A stretch of 64,000 bases of DNA from a virus (lineage: Duplodnaviria > Caudoviricetes). Every line of letters begins with the position of its first letter. The stretch's first letter is position 1. The stretch spans positions 27,993-91,992 of the IMG/VR virus record IMGVR_UViG_3300033073_001448; one strand, written 5' to 3'. Under the pieces are notes generated by a model that worked only from the letters and a program-made list of their open reading frames with translations, had not been told where the DNA came from and searched no databases. Made by a program: the position numbers and the translations under genes. Shown one piece after another: positions 1 to 8,628 of the stretch.

Positions 1-41
1 AACAACAACGCCTGTACAGTGCCTGTGCAAGTGGATCTGCT

Positions 42-126
42 GTAATACTTGAGTATTACATTTCGTGGTTGACCCAAAATGCCCGTTTTGCTATAATATA
101 GACATACAGACACAAAGGAGCCCGAG
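42..126 (+). promoter_or_regulatory. Early promoter cassette: GTAATAC-N4-GTATTAC palindrome, TTGACC-17-TATAAT, SD AAAGGAG
   Basis: -35 at 69-74, extended -10 (TGn) TATAAT at 92-97, 9-bp inverted repeat at 41-60; similar cassettes at 14634, 17188, 18027, 20498. Confidence 0.85.
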
Positions 127-312
127 ATGAGCACTACAATTGTTTGGCTGATGGTGATTGTTAACGCACACGGTAGCATTTGGAGCACCGGTCCTGAGTT
201 CACTAGCCGAGAGAAGTGCGAAGTGGCCGCTAAGGTACTCTACAAGAGTGTTGACGAACTCCGTTGGGGCATGAACATCAAGACCCCCATTTGCGTTAAA
301 ATTGAGAAGTAA
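127..312 (+). CDS. hypothetical phage protein
   Basis: ORF directly after promoter and SD. Confidence 0.75.
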   Translation: MSTTIVWLMVIVNAHGSIWSTGPEFTSREKCEVAAKVLYKSVDELRWGMNIKTPICVKIEK

Positions 313-322
313 GGAGCCCAAA

Positions 323-577
323 ATGGATTACACCGTTGAACTTTACAAGTTGGATCGCCGTCAAAAGAATGGCCGTGTACTGGTCAGCAAAACTGACTTC
401 GAGGACATTGACTTGGGCGACCTTGAAACTTTGGTGCCCCAGGGTCCGGGTTACATCCGTGAAATTCACGAAACCTATTTCACTCGTAAGAATGCTATGA
501 CTGGTGCAGAGTTCCAAGAGCGTTATGACACGCCTTACTTCTGCTCGCCTTCTTCTGAATCTTTCTGGAGCATGTAA
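323..577 (+). CDS. hypothetical phage protein
   Basis: AAGGAG SD before ATG 323; C-terminal DTPYFCSPSSESFWSM. Confidence 0.8.
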   Translation: MDYTVELYKLDRRQKNGRVLVSKTDFEDIDLGDLETLVPQGPGYIREIHETYFTRKNAMTGAEFQERYDTPYFCSPSSESFWSM

Positions 578-666
578 TGAACGTAGATGCTCTAATTAAC
601 TTTGGTATTGTTTTTAGTCCTATTATAATCATGGCCTTGGCCTTGCTGATCAAAGGAGAATTGTGA
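577..666 (+). CDS. small hydrophobic peptide (29 aa)
   Basis: TAATG and TGATG coupling on both sides; one TM-like segment. Confidence 0.55.
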   Translation: MNVDALINFGIVFSPIIIMALALLIKGEL

Positions 667-824
667 TGCGACAAAAACTTTACACTGTGAGTTGGACCCA
701 AGCCTATGACACCTGGACAAAAAACGAATTACTGTCTGGTGCCGAAGAGATAGTAGAAATTGGTTTGCAATTCTCTGACTTTGCCGAAGCCCGCGAAGTT
801 CTGGCCAGGATTATGTCACTATGA
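666..824 (+). CDS. hypothetical protein (52 aa)
   Basis: AAAGGAG SD; ATGA overlap with the next gene. Confidence 0.6.
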   Translation: MRQKLYTVSWTQAYDTWTKNELLSGAEEIVEIGLQFSDFAEAREVLARIMSL

Positions 825-1177
825 AATGGTTCGTTGAAACTACCCAGTGGAGCGATTCTACCGTCAACGGCATTTACCTGCTGGATGACTCCAAGAGCAA
901 GATGTATGCGTATCGACCCAATGCCCGAGCACCAATCAAAACATTCAAAGCACCTATCAAAATTGATATTCGAGGACGAAAGTTTGCCGTCAATCCCACA
1001 CAATACCGCACGACAGTCGAAGAAGAACAGCCCGAAGGTCGCGTATGGGAAGTTAAAGGAAGCAAGGGCGATGTCTACAAAGTTTCAGAAAGTGGTGGAA
1101 ATTTCTCATGCACATGCTCGGGGTTCAAGTTTCGGGGCAAATGTAAGCACGAAGAAAGTATTCGTCAAACGGTTTGA
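821..1177 (+). CDS. SWIM zinc-finger protein
   Basis: VKGSKGDVYKV...CTCSGFKFRGKCKH (CxC-x(n)-CxH). Confidence 0.8.
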   Translation: MKWFVETTQWSDSTVNGIYLLDDSKSKMYAYRPNARAPIKTFKAPIKIDIRGRKFAVNPTQYRTTVEEEQPEGRVWEVKGSKGDVYKVSESGGNFSCTCSGFKFRGKCKHEESIRQTV

Positions 1178-1187
1178 CCGTGTGAGC

Positions 1188-1334
1188 ATGGCGCAGTGGC
1201 AGGAAATGGCTGACTGGTGCTACAACAATCTCTACCATGGCGGTCACTATGAGCCTAACTGGCATCACGAGTGGCCCACTTTTTACTTCTGGGACGAACG
1301 GGAATATACCTTGTTCTTGTTGAGGTGGTCATGA
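1188..1334 (+). CDS. FxLRW-family small protein
   Basis: ADWCYNN...FYF...YTLFLLRWS*; start uncertain (GTG 1182 or ATG 1188). Confidence 0.7.
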   Translation: MAQWQEMADWCYNNLYHGGHYEPNWHHEWPTFYFWDEREYTLFLLRWS

Positions 1335-1552
1335 AAGATACAAAAATAGACATAGATGTTAACCTAAGACGTGCCGCATTAATTTGGGCACGGGAAACCT
1401 TTGGTATGCCAAAACCCCAAGGAGTCGGTTTCTGTGACATGCGCTGGTATCACCGTAGTTTTGCCTCAGTCAACGAACGCAATAAAACCATTGCACGATT
1501 TTATTTCAAGAATCCAGCAGACGCTACATTGTTTGCGTTGAGGTGGTCATGA
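1331..1552 (+). CDS. FxLRW-family small protein
   Basis: WARETFG...FYFKNPADATLFALRWS*; ATGA coupling. Confidence 0.8.
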   Translation: MKDTKIDIDVNLRRAALIWARETFGMPKPQGVGFCDMRWYHRSFASVNERNKTIARFYFKNPADATLFALRWS

Positions 1553-1803
1553 GATTAGAATTCAATCAAGGTGTCTCACAAGAGTGTATAGATTGGTTGT
1601 GGGCTAATGTTGGGCAGGGCAATGTTCAGCCAAAGATAACTGGACCGTTGCGGACATTTTCTCCTTGCGATAACGATGCTTGGTTCTACGAGCGTGTGTT
1701 CATACCAAACCCAGGAACATTTCGTGGTGAAGGCCGTAATGTGCCTACTATTACGGTAAAGGATCCAAAGATGGCCGTGATGTTCGCACTGAGGTGGGCA
1801 TGA
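1549..1803 (+). CDS. FxLRW-family small protein
   Basis: DWLWANVG...MAVMFALRWA*. Confidence 0.8.
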   Translation: MRLEFNQGVSQECIDWLWANVGQGNVQPKITGPLRTFSPCDNDAWFYERVFIPNPGTFRGEGRNVPTITVKDPKMAVMFALRWA

Positions 1804-2027
1804 AAAACGAATTCAATCAATGGTATGTGGCAACTGTATCGCCGCCGCCATATCCTTCTGGGGTATATCATGGATGGACTCCTTGTATGGATTGGTGCAG
1901 AACTGCGTTTGGTGGCGATCCTGCCGCACCTATAACCGTTGGTGCTGGCTGGCGATATCTTTCCGAAGGGGTGTTTGAGTTTGAACGTGAGTTAGATAGA
2001 ACTGCATTTTTACTGAGGTGGTCATGA
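1800..2027 (+). CDS. FxLRW-family small protein
   Basis: DWCRTAFG...FEFERELDRTAFLLRWS*. Confidence 0.8.
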   Translation: MKNEFNQWYVATVSPPPYPSGVYHGWTPCMDWCRTAFGGDPAAPITVGAGWRYLSEGVFEFERELDRTAFLLRWS

Positions 2028-2317
2028 AATACCTAATTGCTTTCTTATTGTCAGTAAGCCTGCCGGCGTTGTCGGCTCCGCAACATAACATCACATTTGA
2101 AGCCAAAGAAAATCTTCCTGAAGTCAGTGTACGATGGGCAGTAGTCGATAACGTTGATGAAGTATGCCGATTTTATGGTGTCCAAACCCATCGCAACATT
2201 GCCGCTTGCTCAATCTATGATGGTAAAAAGTGTTTGATAATAACTGCTCGACGCCTGGATATGGCTGTGTTAGGACACGAACTAAGACATTGTTTTGAAG
2301 GTCGATGGCACAATTAA
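2024..2317 (+). CDS. secreted protein with HExxH motif (mini-zincin-like)
   Basis: signal peptide MKYLIAFLLSVSLPALS; GHELRHC. Confidence 0.65.
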   Translation: MKYLIAFLLSVSLPALSAPQHNITFEAKENLPEVSVRWAVVDNVDEVCRFYGVQTHRNIAACSIYDGKKCLIITARRLDMAVLGHELRHCFEGRWHN

Positions 2318-2343
2318 AAAAGCCCCTTTAGGGGCTTTTATTT
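2316..2343. terminator. bidirectional intrinsic terminator
   Basis: AAAAGCCCC-TTTA-GGGGCTTTT between convergent genes. Confidence 0.85.
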
Positions 2344-2570
2344 TAGGCTTGGTCTACAAACTTTTTCAGTTCTTCAGCCTTGACCACAATTTCTGTGCTA
2401 GACGGAAAATCTGGTAAGGTTGGGAAAGGTAGCGTACCACGGTTAGCTTCGGTTAGCTTGGAATGATATTCCTGTAACTTGGCATCGCGAGTTTGGTAGA
2501 TTGGCTCCCAGAGTGAATCTTTGGCCAATTTGAGAAGTTCGAGACGGATCTCGTAAGGTGTTTTGCTCAT
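2343..2570 (-). CDS. hypothetical phage protein
   Basis: AGGAG SD; MSKTPYEIRLELLK...AEELKKFV. Confidence 0.8.
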   Translation of the reverse strand: MSKTPYEIRLELLKLAKDSLWEPIYQTRDAKLQEYHSKLTEANRGTLPFPTLPDFPSSTEIVVKAEELKKFVDQA

Positions 2571-2642
2571 GTTTTTCTCCTGTGTGTAATGTGTGTTATC
2601 AAGTCCCGCCCCTTGCAGGACAAGATTGCTACACGAGCATGT

Positions 2643-3074
2643 TTACTTATAGATGTAATTGACGGTGTCAGAATTTTCGCGGTAGACGCCAGCACCGTTT
2701 TTTAAGTGGAAACGTCGGGCCATCTCGGTCTTGGGACTGAGGGTAACATAGGTTTGTACACCAGGAAATTCTTCTTTAATACTTTTTTGAGCTTCAATGA
2801 TCAAGTCGCGCCCCGCACCTGCGGCGTACGACCAAATGGTATAAAATACTGCTGTTGTGGCACTACCGATACCTTCCACTAACTCGTCTACCGCCGCAGG
2901 AACAGTGTCTAGGAACTTCACACATGTCACTGCCTGCGGTTTGTCTCCGTCTTTGAGCATGTAGATACGTGAGTTGGAATTGACACGTCGAGTCAATGGT
3001 ATTTCAGGACGCACTGGATCGTCTTTGACAATAAAATCTAGTTCTTCGGTAATGGTGGTTATGATGTTTAACAT
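2643..3074 (-). CDS. GNAT-fold protein resembling the malonyl-CoA decarboxylase catalytic domain
   Basis: TAVFYTIWS..GAGRDLI...EEFPGVQTYVTLSP..ARRF..KNG; TATAAATA upstream (3097-3104, minus strand). Confidence 0.55.
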   Translation of the reverse strand: MLNIITTITEELDFIVKDDPVRPEIPLTRRVNSNSRIYMLKDGDKPQAVTCVKFLDTVPAAVDELVEGIGSATTAVFYTIWSYAAGAGRDLIIEAQKSIKEEFPGVQTYVTLSPKTEMARRFHLKNGAGVYRENSDTVNYIYK

Positions 3075-3137
3075 AGTACGCTCTTTATGTTAATCGTATT
3101 TATATCTACTCACAGAAAACTGCTACTATATAAATTT

Positions 3138-4142
3138 ATGGAATATACTGGTGCGTATCAAGCTCTCAAATCATTTGTTGCTGACCAAGTTGATTTGAAT
3201 TGGTTCCTTGACTGCATACACAATTATAACTTTTTAGAATCCAACAAGTCAACGGCCTATGACTTTTTAAAACAAAATGGTATCCCAATTCCTGAATCAC
3301 AAAAATTCAACGATCTGCAACAACTTCGCAAGCTCTTGCAACAGCCCGTACCTTACGTAGTCAAATTTGATACTGCTATAACTTTGGGTATACAGACCGT
3401 GGTAGTACACACATCCAAAGACGCTATGTCAGTTTTGCTCACAGCAGATAAACTCAAAGTCACAACTGGGCTGGTTCAACGCTTTGTTTCTGGTTATGAA
3501 TTTACTGTAACAGTGCTGGTAGGTGCTCATAATTGGGTGCAAATTGGCACTGCCCAAGACTACAAAAAACAGTTTGAAAATAACCAAGGTGCCAATACAT
3601 TTGGCATGGGCAGTTTGTCACCAGCCCCACATACTCACAGTCAAGCAGACCTTTGGATTAACAACATAGTGCAACTGCTACGCCAGCACCATGATTATCG
3701 GGGATTTTTGAGTTGTCAGTTTATTGCCAACACCAATGGGATTTGGTTATTGGAATATAACACACGGTTCTGCGACCCAGAATTGCAGAGCATGTTAGAA
3801 CTGTTGGACCAATCTTTTGTACAGAGTTTAACACAATGTCAACAGAACAATTTTATGCAGGCACCTGTGATTGATATGTCTAAACGTGCAGTAACCGTCA
3901 GTTTGGTGCACCAAGACTGGCCCAAATACGTCAATGGTCAAACCCTGGATCTTCAATCAGACCAATACCGACTGTGGCGTAACCAACATACCAACTGTGT
4001 GTGGTGGGGTACAGTGACCAATGCTGGAAATCAGTCATACCAACAGTTGGCTGATCAATTGTACCAATGGCTCAGAACACAATCTCTTGGACCATTTAGA
4101 TATCGAACCGACATTGGGAGGGTTTATCCCCAAACTTCGTGA
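3138..4142 (+). CDS. PurD-like ATP-grasp ligase, N-terminally divergent
   Basis: QDYKK, NTFGMGSLSP, LEYNTRFCDPE and C-terminal YRTDIG match GAR synthetase motifs. Confidence 0.75.
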   Translation: MEYTGAYQALKSFVADQVDLNWFLDCIHNYNFLESNKSTAYDFLKQNGIPIPESQKFNDLQQLRKLLQQPVPYVVKFDTAITLGIQTVVVHTSKDAMSVLLTADKLKVTTGLVQRFVSGYEFTVTVLVGAHNWVQIGTAQDYKKQFENNQGANTFGMGSLSPAPHTHSQADLWINNIVQLLRQHHDYRGFLSCQFIANTNGIWLLEYNTRFCDPELQSMLELLDQSFVQSLTQCQQNNFMQAPVIDMSKRAVTVSLVHQDWPKYVNGQTLDLQSDQYRLWRNQHTNCVWWGTVTNAGNQSYQQLADQLYQWLRTQSLGPFRYRTDIGRVYPQTS

Positions 4143-4435
4143 TACTTTTTCATAGCCAACATGCGAGCCAGCATTAGCCTAAATTTAGCATGATCCGATA
4201 TGTCCACTTCTAATCGATCTGGCTGCCAACGGTATCTACGTTGAGGTAACACGTCTTCGTCGTCTACGGTGGTCAAGGGATCAGTTTTCAGCAATCTGAT
4301 TGAAGTAAATCTAAACGGATGGCTTCGGAACAGTTTGACTTTTTTTACAATCACAGTTTTTTGAGCCGGCTGCGGAACAGAGGCAAAGGTTGGGGTTGAA
4401 AGTCCAATAATCAGTGATGCAATCAAGGTCTTCAT
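4124..4435 (-). CDS. hypothetical exported protein
   Basis: signal-peptide-like N-terminus; TAAATA upstream on minus strand (4458-4463). Confidence 0.65.
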   Translation of the reverse strand: MKTLIASLIIGLSTPTFASVPQPAQKTVIVKKVKLFRSHPFRFTSIRLLKTDPLTTVDDEDVLPQRRYRWQPDRLEVDISDHAKFRLMLARMLAMKKYHEVWG

Positions 4436-4573
4436 AATAATATAACGCCTTTGGTACTATTTAGGCTGACACAAAAAGAGTAGTTTGTCCAAAACACTTG
4501 TTTTTTACTAGAGCGATGTAATACAATAGAAAAATGCTGTAACGCAACAGCACCATCTATATAGGAGATCAAT

Positions 4574-4840
4574 ATGCGTTTTAATGAAGACACCAAGACC
4601 TACAAATTGTTCAACGCCCTGCGCAATGGCGATGCAATTACCCCTGCTGCCGCTGAAAAGCGTTTTGGCATTAAGAACATCAGCGCCGAAGCCAGTCGCA
4701 TTCGTCAGGCTGGCTTTGCTGTGTATGCTAACCAGCGTACCGCAGGCAATGGCGTTCAGGTCACTGAGTATGTTTTAGGCAAGCCTAGCCGCAAGATTGT
4801 GGCCGCTGGTTACAAGGCCATGGCACTTGGTTTGGTCTAA
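4574..4840 (+). CDS. winged-helix/HTH DNA-binding protein
   Basis: AGGAG SD; LRNGDAITPAAAEKRFGIKNISAEASRIRQAGF pattern. Confidence 0.65.
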   Translation: MRFNEDTKTYKLFNALRNGDAITPAAAEKRFGIKNISAEASRIRQAGFAVYANQRTAGNGVQVTEYVLGKPSRKIVAAGYKAMALGLV

Positions 4841-4861
4841 GTAGACCTGGTAGGACGTAGT

Positions 4862-4886
4862 AACCCGCCCCAATGGCGGGTTTCTC
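4862..4886 (+). terminator. intrinsic terminator
   Basis: AACCCGCC-CCAAT-GGCGGGTT followed by T-rich tail. Confidence 0.75.
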
Positions 4887-4915
4887 TTGACCAAAAAATC
4901 AATTTAGGTTATAAT
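4887..4915 (+). promoter_or_regulatory. sigma70 promoter, probably leaderless transcript
   Basis: TTGACC-17-TATAAT; ATG 6 nt after the -10; no SD. Confidence 0.8.
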
Positions 4916-4921
4916 TAGGGC

Positions 4922-6196
4922 ATGAAGTATATCTCTGCTCTTGTTACAACTTTGGTATTAACTGCCTGTGGTGGCGGGGGCGGGGCCTCTAGCGGATCAA
5001 ACGGTCCTGCGTTAGCCGGCTTGGCCTACTCTAATGTTGGTGCAGTTTTGGTGCCAGGAAAATTCGGGCCCGACCAAAGCCAGTATGTAATATCTTCTTC
5101 GATTAGATATCTAGGCAACGGTCAAACTGAGCCAGGCCCGGTAAAAGTTTTCAAATTGGCTAGTACTGGATTGTTGACAGATCAAACTGTGGAAATTCTA
5201 GGTGGTGCTGTTTCAGCATTTACCAACGTGCCCATAGTAACTGATTTCAATCATGACGGCATCGACGACATATTTTTACCAGGATTCACTGACACCCAGG
5301 ATCTTGTGGGCAGTATTGCATTTATCAGTCGCAGTGGACAAAGTCATATCAAAGTAACTCTTCCTGATCCAGTTTGGGCGCATGGTGCAGCCGCAGTTGA
5401 CATCAATAATGATGGACATACAGATGTGATCAGTAGCCAAGGTCATGCATGGATCAATGATGGACAAGGTAACTTTAATTTTCGTGCTCACAGTTATAAT
5501 GATGTTCCTGGATTATGGATGCATGGATCAGGCGTGTGCGCCGGTGACTTTAATAACACAGGACGTCCACAATTGGTTTTTACTGACTTGAACAATGATG
5601 GAAACAAAGCCCCTATTGCCGACACAGTGATTTTTGAAATTGACCATCAAGGGTTACCTACAGTACAACACACTCTTCCTGTGCCCATTCTAGACAGGGT
5701 CACCGCCACTGAAACCAGTCATGATGTGGCATGCAAGGTTGCAGATTTAAACAATGATGGACTGCTAGACATTGTGGTATTGAGTCGTCCTTGGGCCTCG
5801 ACTGGCCAGTCGTGGTCCAATCAAGGTCAGGCTCAAATCTTAATAAACCGTGGAAATTGGCAATTTGATGATGTTACAGATACTGCTTTAGCAGGATTTA
5901 ATACCAATGTGCTGATTAGTTATGCTCCATTGGTGCTCGACCTAAACGGAGACGGCAAACTTGATCTGTGGTTTGGATATTTTGATTATGACACTGGACA
6001 AGCCAATCAAGTGTTTTTAAACAACGGTAGTGGTATTTTTACCAAGGTGGCGTCGGACATGGTCAATGGGTTTGTGGCCTCTGGCGGAATGATTCCTGTA
6101 GCAGTTAACAACCGATGGGCATTGGTATACGCTAAAATGAATACATCAAACAAAACCACAACCTTTTATGTCACTGAATCAATCTATAACTTTTAG
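4922..6196 (+). CDS. FG-GAP/VCBS-repeat lipoprotein (beta-propeller)
   Basis: lipobox LTAC-GGGG; repeats DFNHDGIDDI, DINNDGHTDV, DLNNDGLLDI, DLNGDGKLDL. Confidence 0.85.
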   Translation: MKYISALVTTLVLTACGGGGGASSGSNGPALAGLAYSNVGAVLVPGKFGPDQSQYVISSSIRYLGNGQTEPGPVKVFKLASTGLLTDQTVEILGGAVSAFTNVPIVTDFNHDGIDDIFLPGFTDTQDLVGSIAFISRSGQSHIKVTLPDPVWAHGAAAVDINNDGHTDVISSQGHAWINDGQGNFNFRAHSYNDVPGLWMHGSGVCAGDFNNTGRPQLVFTDLNNDGNKAPIADTVIFEIDHQGLPTVQHTLPVPILDRVTATETSHDVACKVADLNNDGLLDIVVLSRPWASTGQSWSNQGQAQILINRGNWQFDDVTDTALAGFNTNVLISYAPLVLDLNGDGKLDLWFGYFDYDTGQANQVFLNNGSGIFTKVASDMVNGFVASGGMIPVAVNNRWALVYAKMNTSNKTTTFYVTESIYNF

Positions 6197-6199
6197 AGC

Positions 6200-6228
6200 T
6201 TGACTTCAAAATAAAATCTGTGTATAAT
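6200..6228 (+). promoter_or_regulatory. sigma70 promoter
   Basis: TTGACT-17-TATAAT followed by AAAGGAG SD. Confidence 0.8.
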
Positions 6229-6248
6229 ACAACAGTAAAGGAGTTATT

Positions 6249-6704
6249 ATGTTTCTCAAATTGCTAGAGCGTTTGGGCCGTAAACGCATTGTGTACGATC
6301 GAATCGATGATCAACCTTACTTGGAACGCTACTATCTGTTTTTGAAAGACAGAGACAACTTTCCGTTTAACATTTTCCTGCACAAGTTTTTAAAGTCAGA
6401 CATTGATGACTTGCATGATCATCCTTGGCCTTACTTCACATTGATTCTGCGTGGTGGGTACTGGGAATGGGTACCGCAGTTCAATGCAGAAGGCAAGAAG
6501 GTTGGTGAAATTGCCAAATGGCGTGCTCCTGGACACTTCCGTTTTTGCAGTGCAGAAACATATCACAGAATTGAATTGGATCCAGGCATCACTGCTTGGA
6601 CCTTGTTCATACCTGGACCTAAAAAACGTGACTGGGGATTTTTAGTTAAAAACAAATGGGTACAATGGGAACAGTACCTAAAGAATAGAAAGGCACAAGT
6701 ATGA
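6249..6704 (+). CDS. cupin-fold protein
   Basis: LHDHPW...GGYWE...YHRIEL...WTLF. Confidence 0.7.
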   Translation: MFLKLLERLGRKRIVYDRIDDQPYLERYYLFLKDRDNFPFNIFLHKFLKSDIDDLHDHPWPYFTLILRGGYWEWVPQFNAEGKKVGEIAKWRAPGHFRFCSAETYHRIELDPGITAWTLFIPGPKKRDWGFLVKNKWVQWEQYLKNRKAQV

Positions 6705-6985
6705 AGTGGTTAGGGCGCTGGTTATTCAAAATCATTAAACGTAGTCAGGAAGAAGAGCGAATGACAGCAGATGTTCCGGTGGCTAGCATCAGCAAAAGTC
6801 GAGATGTGGATGGTGAAGAAGATCTCAACATCACAATTCGAAAAGCCATTGGCGGACGTATTGTGAGTTTTCGCCTGTATGATCGCAAGTCCGATCGTCA
6901 CTTATGGAAAACTTATGTGATCCATGATGAACTAGATTTTGAACGTGAACTAGGCAAGATCATCACTTTAGAATCACTGCGTTAA
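6701..6985 (+). CDS. hypothetical protein
   Basis: ATGA-coupled ORF. Confidence 0.7.
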   Translation: MKWLGRWLFKIIKRSQEEERMTADVPVASISKSRDVDGEEDLNITIRKAIGGRIVSFRLYDRKSDRHLWKTYVIHDELDFERELGKIITLESLR

Positions 6986-6994
6986 ATAATTGCT

Positions 6995-7375
6995 ATGGAA
7001 CTGATTGACTACATTGTTGATTTATTGTTTTGGATCATTGTATGGTCTGTGGTTTTTCGCTTGTTGTTCGCCTGGTTAGAACGCAGATTGGCACAACGAC
7101 TAGAACGAGAAGTTGGCCCGATCATACGTGATTTAGATTCTGGACAACTGATTCCACTCACAGTAGAGTTGCACGATAATCAGTTTTTGTGCTATAATAG
7201 TCTTACAGATGATTTTGTATGCCAAGGCCACACCCTGACTGAAATAGCACAGAGATTCAATCAACGCTATCCAGGACGCAGGGCCACAATACATCGTGGA
7301 GATTCGGATGCCATAAGCAAACTCCGACAACAAATACAAGATGGTGTAGATAACATCACCTTGCCCGCAGGTTAA
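6995..7375 (+). CDS. membrane-anchored hypothetical protein
   Basis: N-terminal TM segment; TAAATA 6 nt upstream. Confidence 0.7.
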   Translation: MELIDYIVDLLFWIIVWSVVFRLLFAWLERRLAQRLEREVGPIIRDLDSGQLIPLTVELHDNQFLCYNSLTDDFVCQGHTLTEIAQRFNQRYPGRRATIHRGDSDAISKLRQQIQDGVDNITLPAG

Positions 7376-7379
7376 TATT

Positions 7380-8267
7380 ATGAAAATTTCAATTGCCTCC
7401 GACATCCATTTGGAGTTCGGAGATTTAAACATTCAAAACACAGACTCCGCAGATGTGCTAATTCTCAGCGGCGACATCTGTGTGGCCGCTGACCTTGGGC
7501 GTCCTGATCCGCACAACATCATGGAAGGTGCTCGTAGCAACCGCATTGTGGATTTCTTCCGTCGATGCAGTTTTCAGTTTCCGCATGTGATTTATATCCT
7601 GGGCAACCATGAACACTATCATGGCGACTTTGCCACCACTGGTGCCAAGATCCAAGACATGTTGAACTACAACTGCTTGAGCAATGTTTACCTGCTGGAA
7701 AAGCAAATCCGAGTAATCGATGACATTACATTCATTGGTGGTACACTGTGGACTGATATGAACAACGGTGATCAACTCACGCTGTATCACATGCGTTCAA
7801 TGATGAACGACTTTCGCTGTGTGGAAAACTCTGCCAAGGTTGTACATTACAAAGCATATGAGCAGATACACGGGGTAGACAATCGCGAAAAACCTATCTT
7901 CAAGACCCGAACTGCAAAGTTTTCGCCAGAGGATGCTTTTGAAGATCATGTTCAAATGAAAGGCTACATTCAGCACATCATTGAAGGCAAATTTGATCAA
8001 AAGTTTGTGGTTGTGGGACACCATGCACCCAGCAGGCTCAGCACACATCCACGCTATGCTGATCAAACCATCATGAACGGCGGCTACAGTTCTAGCCTGG
8101 ATGAATTCATCCAGGATCACCCGCAGATCAAGCTGTGGACACACGGTCACACGCATGAAGATTTTGACTACATGATTGGTTCTACTCGTATTGTTTGTAA
8201 CCCCAGGGGGTATATAAACTATGAATCGAGGGCCGACCAATGGACTTTAAAGACCGTGGACATATGA
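7380..8267 (+). CDS. calcineurin-like metallophosphoesterase
   Basis: SDIHLE, LSGD, GNHEHY, HHAP, HGHTH motifs. Confidence 0.9.
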   Translation: MKISIASDIHLEFGDLNIQNTDSADVLILSGDICVAADLGRPDPHNIMEGARSNRIVDFFRRCSFQFPHVIYILGNHEHYHGDFATTGAKIQDMLNYNCLSNVYLLEKQIRVIDDITFIGGTLWTDMNNGDQLTLYHMRSMMNDFRCVENSAKVVHYKAYEQIHGVDNREKPIFKTRTAKFSPEDAFEDHVQMKGYIQHIIEGKFDQKFVVVGHHAPSRLSTHPRYADQTIMNGGYSSSLDEFIQDHPQIKLWTHGHTHEDFDYMIGSTRIVCNPRGYINYESRADQWTLKTVDI

Positions 8268-8446
8268 AAACTTGGACAGAAACAGTTCAAAAGGATGAAC
8301 AAGGAGACTTGTTCATCCAACTAGCCCCAGAGTTGCTGGCCGAAGTAGGCTGGAACCCTGGAGATACATTACAGTGGGTAGACCGAGGAGACGGCACATG
8401 GGAACTAAGGAAGAAAAGCCCGCCATCGGAGAGCGCGGATTCTTGA
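8264..8446 (+). CDS. AbrB/MazE-like small DNA-binding protein
   Basis: GDLFIQLAPELLAEVGWNPGDTLQW pattern. Confidence 0.6.
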   Translation: MKTWTETVQKDEQGDLFIQLAPELLAEVGWNPGDTLQWVDRGDGTWELRKKSPPSESADS

Positions 8447-8628
8447 TTCGCGGCATTGATGATCAGGTTTGGTTTAGAATCTATCATCCAGACAAAAGTT
8501 TCACTGATTACGAACTTACGCACCACGATTGTGAAATTGTGATCATTGATAAATCGGCGGCACTGATTCACAACGATGCTGGGGACTTTTTAGACTACAC
8601 AGATGACAGCATGAGAATTGTCAAATGA
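8398..8628 (+). CDS. hypothetical protein
   Basis: ORF in operon. Confidence 0.65.
   Translation: MGTKEEKPAIGERGFLIRGIDDQVWFRIYHPDKSFTDYELTHHDCEIVIIDKSAALIHNDAGDFLDYTDDSMRIVK

Noticed and set aside
834-1187. 166-aa ORF 834-1334 as one gene
   Set aside because: The upstream part overlaps the SWIM gene in another frame; only the C-terminal ~50 aa matches the FxLRW family.
1321-2027. Regularly spaced short repeats as a CRISPR array or integron attC sites
   Set aside because: Repeats are 14 bp, lie inside coding sequence and are spaced 220-250 bp apart. They lack palindromic attC structure, and no cas or integrase gene is present in the window.
4535-4552. CTGT...ACAG as a LexA box
   Set aside because: Spacer is 6 nt rather than 8; more likely a small leader hairpin.
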